Source: a virus
Taxonomy: Duplodnaviria; Caudoviricetes
IMG/VR virus record: IMGVR_UViG_3300020042_012633
Location: 1-64,000 of that record
DNA length: 64,000 nucleotides
Reading direction: 5' to 3' (one strand)
Under the pieces are notes generated by a model that ran no database searches, was not told the origin of the DNA, and saw only the letters and a list, made by a program, of their open reading frames with translations. The first letter of the stretch is position 1. Each line of letters opens with the position of its first letter. Shown here in pieces: positions 52,701-61,700 of this stretch. Made by a program: the position numbers and the translations under genes.

Positions 52701-55700
52701 AAGTTTCTCCTGTTACATTGTCCCAGGTTACTGTAGTTCCATTTGAAAAAATTACAGGTCCAGATGTAGAAGTGGAAAAAGATATAGTAGCTCCTCCAGT
52801 ATTAGTTACATATACATTTGGTCTTTTAGTTGTTCCAAAACCAGCTGTTATTAAACCTGATCCATTACCTGCTAAGTAGATATTTGGAGCGTTGAAAATG
52901 TTATCTAGTGTTAAAGTTCTTGGAAAAGGGGTACTTCCAGTAATGTATATGTTGGTAATTGAAGGTGTTAGGTTTGCTAATGATGCTGAGGTGTATAGTG
53001 TACCATTTGTAGGAAAGTATAGGTTAGGAGTAGTTAACTCTTTTACACCAGCTCCGGTTGCTAAGAATGACCCTATTGATAAATTATTTGGAGAGTATAC
53101 AGTTCCAGCAGTTAGTGAAAGTTGGCCTGCAACTATATTAGTTGTCGTAAGTCCTAAATCTACACTACCAGAACTAACGGTTAATGCTCCTGCAGTAAAG
53201 CTAGAACCAGACGGAGTAAACCTACCTCCGCCACCTAAAGTAAGTCCACTACTTGAAAAATCATTCATCACTGTTAGAGAACTAGTGTAGACAGTAACTG
53301 CTCCACTACTTGTTAGACTACCAGATATTGTAATTGCATTAGGAGTGTTGATCGTAAGATCGCCAATTTTTAGTTCTTTACTTGCTAGTTCTATAGAATT
53401 AAAAGCAGAACTAGAAAGGATTAAATTAGAAGTTTGTGTAACAGTCATTGAACCTGTTAAGGTTAAATTTCCTGCTATCGTTAAATTTTTTCCTGCTGCA
53501 TTACTCCAATTTGCAGTACTACCTGATATATATGATAGACTTGATATTGTTGAGGTTTCAAAAGATATAGGAGCTTGTCCTGTATTAGTTACGTATACAT
53601 TTGGTCTTTTGGTTGTTCCTAGATCTGCTGATATTTGTCCTGTTCCATCACCTGCTAAATAAACTAGAGGAGCATTGTGTATAATGGTGAATGTAAGAAT
53701 TCTTGGACTTGCAGCACTTCCTGTAACGTATATGGCAGTTAGTTGAGGAGTAAAAGAGAAGGTTCCGTCACCATTTACGTATAGGTTACCAATTCCTGTA
53801 TAAAGTAGATTAGGTGTACTTATTACAGCATTTGCACTATTTCCTCCTTGAGTATATAAATTTCCAAGAGTTATATCTTTCGAAGCAGAGACAGTTCCTA
53901 CATTATGAGTAAATGTGTTTGTAATTATATTAGTTGTCGTAAGTCCTAAATCTACACTACCAGAAGTAACGGTTAGTGCTCCTACAGTAAAGCTAGAACC
54001 AGACGGAGTAAGTTTACCTCCCTTTGTTAGGGTAAGTTGACTACTTGAAAAATTATTCATTACTGTTACAGGACTTTGTATAATATCAACACTAATACTA
54101 CTTGTTAGGCTACCAGATACTGTAATTCTATTAGGAGTGTCAATGGTTAGTGAGCCTACTTTTAATTCCTTACCTGCTAAGTCAATGGAAGTAAAATTAG
54201 AACCAGAAAGAGTTAGATTAGGAGTTGCACTAGAGGTCATTGAACCTGTTAGAGTTAACTTTCCTGCTATAGTTAGATACTCTCCTGCTATATTATACCA
54301 TTCTACGTTGCTACTTGATACAAAAGATAGACTCGATATTGTTGAGGTTTCAAAAGATATAGGAGCTCTTCCAGTATTAGTTACATATATATCTGGTCTT
54401 CTGGTTGTTCCAAAACCAGCTGTTATATTTCCTATTCCATTACCTGCTAAATAGACACTTGGAGCATAGAAGTCATCGTCTAGTATTAATATTCTTAAAG
54501 AATTGGTACTTCCAGTAACGTATATGTTACTAATACTTGATGTTACGTTTAAGCCCTGCTGATCGTATAGTTGGTTTGTTCCATGAAAAGATAGATTAGG
54601 GATAATTATTTTTTTTGTTGTACTATCGTAGGTGGTGAGATTTCCCATTGCTACGTCTTTTGAAGAAGAAATAGTTCCAGCATACATATCCACAGAGCTT
54701 AGACTGCTTGTTGCAAGACTTAAATCTATACTACCAGAATTAACGGTTAATGTTCCTACAGTAAACTTAGAATTTAAAAATGGAGTAAAACTAGATCCTC
54801 CACCTAAGGTAAATACACTACTTGAAATATTGTTCTCTACTTTTACAGAACTATTAAAAATGTTTATTGCTACACCACTACTTGTTAGGCTACTGGATAT
54901 AGTAATTATATTGGGAGTGTTAATGGTTAGTGAGCCTACTTTTAATTCTTTATTTGCTAAATCAATTGAAGTAAAATTAGAACCAGATAAAATTAAATTA
55001 GGAGTTGCACTAGAAGTCATTGAACCTGTTAAGGTTAAATTTCCTGCTATGGTTAAATCTTGTACTACTACATTATTCCAGTTTGCAGTACTACCTGATA
55101 TAAAAGATAGGCCTGATATTGTAGAGGAGTTGAATGATATTTGAGCTTGTCCTGTATTGGTTACGTATACATTTGGTCTTTTAGTTGTTCCAAGATTTGC
55201 TGTTATATATCCTGATCCATTGCCTGCTAAGTAGGTATTTGGAGCATTGTGTGTAGTATCAAACGTAAGAATTCTTTGTGCTGTAGCACTTCCTGTAACG
55301 TATATGGCAGTTAGTGGAGGAGTGAAGGTAAGGTTACTACCATTATTTGTATACAGTGTATCTATTCCCGTATAAAGTAAGTTGGGTGTGTTTATTACTT
55401 TTGTAGTAGCTCCTGTGGCTACAAGATTTCCTATTGTTAAGCCTTTTGAAGAAGATATGATTCCCTCAGTTAGTGTAACAGTTCCAATAGTGTTTATTGT
55501 AGGATCTAGGTTTATGCTACCACTAAGAATCTGTAACGCTCCTACATCAAATTTAGAGTTTAGAGATCCACTAAACCTACTTCCTCCACCTAAAGTAAAC
55601 GTAGAACTTGAAATATCATTTTGTACTTTTACAGAACTACTAAAGATGTTTATTGCTATGCTACTAGTTAAGCTACCAGATATATTAATTATATTAGGAG

Positions 55701-58700
55701 TGTTAATTGTAAGATCACCAGTTCGCAATTCCTTACCTGCTAAATCAATTGAAGTAAAGCCAGATCCAGAAAGAAGTAAATTAGGAGTTGCACTAGAGGT
55801 CATTGAACCTGTTAAGGTTAAATTTCCTGCTATAGTTAGGGTTTGGTTTGCTTGATTATTCCAATTTGCAGTACTACTTGATATAAATGATAGGTTTGCT
55901 ATTGTGGAATCGTAAAAAGATATAGAGGTTGGTCCTCCTGTGGTAGTTACGTATACATTAGGTTTTCTAGTTGTTCCAAAACTAGCTGCTATTATTCCTG
56001 CTCCATTACCTGCTAAGTATATATTTGGAGCGTTGAAGTTATTACTTAGTAGTAGGGTTTTAGTATTTGCTGAGCTTCCTGTAACGTATATATTACCAAT
56101 ACTTGATGTTATGTCTGAGTCCTCCTCATCATATAAGTTACCACTTCCTGTAAAAATTAAATTTGGAGCAGTTATTATTTTTCTAACTCCATCGCCGCTG
56201 GAGCGGAGTATTCCTATTGTTAGGTCTTTTGAAGATGAAACACTTCCTTGAGCAATTGCAAGTTCATCAATACTGCTTGTTGCAAGGCTTAGGTCTATGC
56301 TACTTGATGTAAGTACGTATAGGGTTTGTGCTGTAAACTTAGAATTTAAAAATGGAGTAAAGCTAGATCCCTTTTGTATAGTAAACCATTTACTTGTAAT
56401 ATCATTTTCTATTTTTACAGAACTAGTATTGTTAATGTATATATCAATACTACTTGTTAGGCTACTAGATATAGTAATTACATTAGGAGTGTTAATGGTT
56501 AGTGAGCCTACTTTTAATTCCTTACCTGCTAAATCAATTGAGGTGAAAGCAGAACTAGTAAGAAGTAAGGCGGGAGTCAAACTAGTAGTCATTGAACCTG
56601 TTAAGGTTAAATTTCCTGCTATAGTTAAAGTTTTTCCTGCTGCATTATTCCAGTCTACATTGCTACTTGATATAAAAGATAGGCCTGATATTATGGAGGT
56701 TTCAAAGGATATAGGAGCTTGTCCTGTATTGGTTACGTATACATTTGGTCTTTTAGTTGTTCCAAGATTTGCTACTATCTCCCCTATTCCATCACCTCCT
56801 AAGTAGACCAATGAAGCAGTATGTACAGTATCAAATGTAAGAGTTCTTGCTATTGCGCTACTTCCTGTAACGTATATGGCAGTTAATGGAGGAGTGAAAG
56901 TAAAATTAGTACCACTATTTGTATACAGTGTATCTATTCCCGTATAAAGTAAGTTGGGTGTGTTTATAATTTTTGTAGTAGTTCCTGATGCTATGGTTAG
57001 ATTTACAAGAGTTAGATCTTTTGAAGAAGATATGTTTCCAGCAGTTATTGAAACAGCTCCAATAGTGTTTATTGTAGGATCTAAGTTTATGCTACCAGAA
57101 AGTATGTTTAACGCTCCTACATCAAATTTAGAGTTTAGAGATCCACTAAACCTACTTCCTCCACCTAAAGTAAAAGCACTACTTGATATATCATTTTGTA
57201 CTTTTACAGAACTACTAAAAATATTTATAGCTATACTACTAGTTAAACTACCAGATATATTAATTAAATTAGGAGTGTTAATGGTTAATGAACCTATTGC
57301 TAGTTCTTTACCTGCTAAATCAATTGAAGTAAAATTAGAACTAGATAAGAGTAGGCTAGGAGTTGCACTAGAGGTCATTGAACCTGTTAGTGCTAAATTT
57401 CCTACTATGGTTAAAGTGTTTCCTACTACATTATTCCAGTTTACGTTACTACTTGATACGAACGATAGACTAGATATTGTTGAATTTACAAAAGTTATAG
57501 GAGCTTGTCCAGTATTGGTTACGTATACATTTGGTCTTTTGATTGCTAAAAATGAAGATGTTATTGGTCCTATTCCATCACCTCCTAAGTAGACCAATGA
57601 AGCAGTATGTACAGAGTCAAACGTAAGAGTTCTACCAGCTGCAGCGCTTCCTGTAACGTATATAGCAGTTAATAGAGGAATAAAATTAAAATCAGTACTA
57701 GTATTTAAGTATAAACTACCAATTCCTGTATAAAGTATGTTAGGTGTATTTATAGTTTTCGTACTGCCAATGGTTGCTGAGAGAGTTCCTATTAACAGGT
57801 CTCTTGAAGAAGATATGTTTCCAGCAGTTATTGAAACAGCTCCAATAGTGTTTATTGTTGGATCTAGATTTATACTACCAGAAGTAATTGCTAAAGCCCC
57901 TACGTTGAAATTAGTACCCAAAGATCCACTAAACCTACTTCCTCCACCTAAAGTGAATGTACTACTTGATATATCATTTTGTATTTTTATAGAACTACTA
58001 AAAATATTTATAGCTATACTGCTAGTTAAACTACCAGATATAGTAATTAAATTAGGAGTGTTAATGGTTAGTGAACCAGTTTGTAATTCTTTACCTACTA
58101 GGTCTATTGAAGTAAAATTAGAACCGGAGAGGATTAAATTAGGAGTTGCACTAGAGCTCATTGAGCTTGTTAGAGCTAAGTTTCCTACTATGGTTAGAGT
58201 TTGGCTTGCTTGGTTATTCCAATTTGCAGTACTACCTGATACAAATGATAGGCCTGATATTGTAGAAGTGAAGAAAGATATAGGAGCTTGTCCTGTATTA
58301 GTTACGTATACGTTTGGCTTAGAACCTGATCCAAGACCTGCTTTTATGTACCCTGTTCCATTGCCTGCTAAATAGACCAAAGAAGCAGTAAGTATGTTGT
58401 CAAACGTAAGAATTCTGTCACTTGCGGCACTTCCTGTAACGTATATAGCGGTTAATGGAGGAGTGAAAGTAAAATTAGTACCACTATTTGTATAAAGTGT
58501 ACCTATTCCTGTAAAGAGTAGGTTAGGTGTGTTTATAATTTTTGCACCACTTCCGGTTGTTAGAAGTGTTGCTATGGTTAGATCTTTTGAAGAAGATATG
58601 TTTCCAGCAGCTAGTGTAACGTCTCCAATAGTGTTTATTGTAGGATCTAAGTTTATGCTACCAGAAGTAATAGCCAATGCTCCTACGTTGAACTTAGTGT

Positions 58701-61700
58701 CCAAAGATCCACTAAACCTACTTCCTCCACCTAAAGTAAATGTACTACTTGATATATTGTTCTCTATTTTTACAGAACTAGTAAAAATATTTATAGCTAT
58801 ACTACTAGTTAAGCTACCAGATATTGTAATTAAATTAGGAGTGTTAATAGTTAGTGAACCAGTTTTTAACTCCTTATTTGTTAAATTAATGGAAGTAAAA
58901 TTAGAACCAGATAGGATTAAGTTAGGAGTTGCACTAGAGGTCATTGAACCTGTTAAGGTTAAATTTCCTGCTATAGTTAAAGTTCTTCCTGCTGTATTAT
59001 CCCACTTTGCAGTACTGCCTGAGGTAAAAGATAGGCTTGATATTATGGAGGTTTCAAAGGATATAGGAGCTTGTCCTGTATTAGTTACGTATACGTTTGG
59101 TTTAGAGCCTGATCCGAGATCTGCTATTATTATTCCTAATCCATTACCTGCTAAATAGACTAGAGAGGCAGTATGCATAGGGTCAAACGAAAGAGTTCTT
59201 GTTGATGTAGTGCTCCCTGTAACATATATAGCGGTTAATGGAGGAGTAAACTTAAGATTGGTACTATTAGTAATGTTTGAGTACAAACTACCAATTCCTG
59301 TATAAAGTATGTTAGGTGTGTTTATGGTTTTTATACTACTTCCACTTACTATTAAATTTCCTATTGTTAGATCTTTTGAAGAGGATATGGCTCCAGTAGT
59401 TAGTGTAACAGTTCCAATAGTGTTTATTGAAGGATCTAGGTTTATGCTACCACTAGAAATAGTTAATGCTACTACATTAAACTTAGAATTTAAAAATGGA
59501 GTAAAGCTGGATCCTCCACCTAAGGTAAATGTAGAACTTGATATATCATTGTTTATTGCTACAGAGCTACTAAAAATATTTATAGCTATACTGCTAGTTA
59601 AACTACCAGATATAGTAATTAAATTAGGAGTGTTAATGGTTAGTGAACCAGTTTTTAACTCCTTACCTGCTAAGTCAATTGAAGTGAAATTAGAACCGGA
59701 AAGGATTAAATTAGGAGTTGCACTAGAAGTCATTGAACCTGTTAGGGTTAAGCTTCCGGTTATAGTCAAATTCTGGCTTATTAGATTGTCCCAGTTTACA
59801 TTGCTGCCTGATATAAAGGATAGGCTTGCTATTGTAGAGGTTGCAAAAGATATAGGAGCTTGTCCAGTATTGGTTACGTATACATTTGGTCTTTTGGTTG
59901 TTCCTAGATCTGCTGATATTTTTCCTACTCCACTACCTCCTAAGTAGACCAGTGAAGCAGTGTGTATAGTATCAAATGTAAGAATTCTCTCACTTGCAGC
60001 ACTTCCTGTAACATATATAGCAGTTAATGGAGGAATAAAACTAAGATTAGTACCATTATTTGTATATAGACTACCAGTTCCTGTATAGAGTAGGTTGGGT
60101 GTATTAATAGTTTTTCTAGTAGTTCCTGATGCTATGGTTAGATTTCCTATTGTTAAATCTTTTGAGGAAGATATAGTTCCAGCTGTTAGTGATACAGCTC
60201 CAATACTACTTGTTGCAAGACTTAGGTTTATACTACCAGAAAGTACATTTAATGCTCCTATATTAAACCTACTATTTAAGGATGCAGTAAAAATACTTCC
60301 TCCACCTAAGGTGAAGGTACTACTTGAAATACTACTGCTTACTACTACAGAGCTGCTAAAAATATTAATAGGGATATTACCTAGTAAACTACCAGATATT
60401 GTAATTGCATTAGGAGTATTAATTGTTAGCGAACCTATTTTTAATTCCCTACCTGCTAATTCAATTGAAGTAAAATTAGAACCAGAAAGAAGTAAATTAG
60501 GAGTTGCAGTAGTGTTTATTGAACTTGATAAAGTTAAGCTTCCGGTTATAGTTAAAGTCTGTCCCGGTACGTTATTCCAGTTTGCAGTACTACTTGATAT
60601 AAACGATAGGCTTGATATTGTAGAAGTGTTGAATGATATGTGAGCTGCTCCTATATTGGTTACATATACGTTTGGCTTAGAACCTGATCCAAGATTTGCT
60701 GTTATCACCCCTGGGCCAGTGCCTCCTAGATAAACTAAAGAAGCAGTATGGACGGAGTCAAATGAAAGAGTTCTTGCTATTGCGCTACTTCCTGTAACGT
60801 ATATGGCAGTTAATGGAGGAGTGAAGCTAAGAAGTGTTCCTGATGTATATAAACTACCAGTTCCTGTATAAAGTAAGCTAGGTGTGTTTATAGTTTTTCT
60901 AGTAGTTCCTGATGCTATGGTTAAATTTCCAAGAGTTAGATCTTTTGAAGAAGAAACATTTCCAGCAGTTATTGAAATGTTTCCAATACTACTTGTTGCA
61001 AGACTTAGGTTTATACTACCAGAAGTAATGGCCAATGTTCTTACAGTAAACTTAGGACCAGATGGAGTAAGCCTAGCTCCTCCACCTAAAGTAATTGTGC
61101 TACTTGAAATCTCGTTGTTTAGCTCTAAAGAACTGCTAAAAATGTTTATTGCTATACTACTTGTTAAACTACCAGTTATGCTAATTGCATTAGTAGTGTT
61201 GATAGTTAAAAAACCAGTTCGTAACTCCTTACCTGCTAAATCAATGGAAGTAAAATTAGAACCAGAAAGAATTAAATTAGGAGTTATGCTAGAGGTCATT
61301 GAACCTGTTAAGGTTAAATTTCCTGCTATGGTTAGGGTTTGGTTTGCTTGAGTATTATTCCAGTTTACATTAGTTCCAGATACAAAAGCTAATGGACCGC
61401 TTGTAGAGGTTCTAAAAAGTATTGGAGCTTGTCCAGTATTGGTTACGTACACATTTGGCCTAATAGTTGTTCCAAATGAAGCTGTTATTGGTCCTGATCC
61501 AATACCTCCTAAATATATATTTGGAGCATTGAAAAAGTTATCTAATATTAGTTGTTTAGCAGCAGAGGTGCTTCCAGTAACGTATATACCACTAGCTGTA
61601 GTTGTTAAGTTTGTTGCACCACCAGCACCATATAGTGTACTACTTCCACTAAGATATATATTGGGAGCAATTATTTTTTTTGGATCTGTTCCCAGTGTAT

